Shown: positions 26,974-27,076 of the stretch, piece after piece
Numbering within the stretch: the stretch's first letter is position 1
Layout: each line of letters opens with the position of its first letter
Origin: a virus
Taxonomy: Duplodnaviria > Caudoviricetes
Reading direction: 5' to 3' (one strand)
DNA: 27,076 nucleotides
IMG/VR virus record: IMGVR_UViG_3300020044_004739
Coordinates: 1-27,076 of that record
The notes under the pieces: model-generated
Database searches by the model: none
Told to the model about the DNA's origin: nothing
The model's input: only the letters and a program-made list of their open reading frames with translations
Program-made: the position numbers and the translations under genes

Positions 26974-27076
26974 TATCTCATTCCAAATCTAGTTAAAATA
27001 TCTTGTCCAAGGCTTAATACTTTTTCTTTATTTTTAGAAACTTTAGCCTAATCATCACTTTTACGAACTGTTTTTA
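26973..27076 (-). CDS. 3' end of an upstream virion gene, truncated by the window, with one in-frame TAG
   Basis: KTVRKSDD*AKVSKNKEKVLSLGQDILTRFGMR-stop; TAATG-coupled to the next gene. Confidence 0.5.

Overview
A 27-kb segment of a tailed dsDNA phage genome, AT-rich by eye. WhiB, a DUF4192-like protein and a mycobacteriophage-style split primase point to a low-GC actinobacterial host (inference). Two arms converge at a long hairpin terminator near 11.0 kb. The + arm (1-10967) carries early and replication genes: SSB-like, DUF932, WhiB, a split Cas4/RecB-like nuclease, DnaB/RecA-like helicase, Holliday-junction resolvase, split primase, DUF1599, metallophosphoesterase and a sigma-like factor. 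No DNA polymerase is recognisable. The - arm (27076-11080) carries podovirus-like virion and lysis genes: scaffold, major capsid, two His-rich collar-domain fibres (one collagen-like), a GT2-TPR glycosyltransferase, a block of very basic small proteins, adaptor and nozzle-like tail proteins, a holin and an M23 peptidase. The best leads are: (i) an unannotated 31-aa Cys peptide and its 88-aa paralogue bracketing a possibly leaderless glycosyltransferase next to the collagen fibre; (ii) pseudoknot-capable RNA leaders ahead of the scaffold/capsid genes and the SSB; (iii) several split or dual-coding genes. Family assignments come from motif recognition, not database searches.
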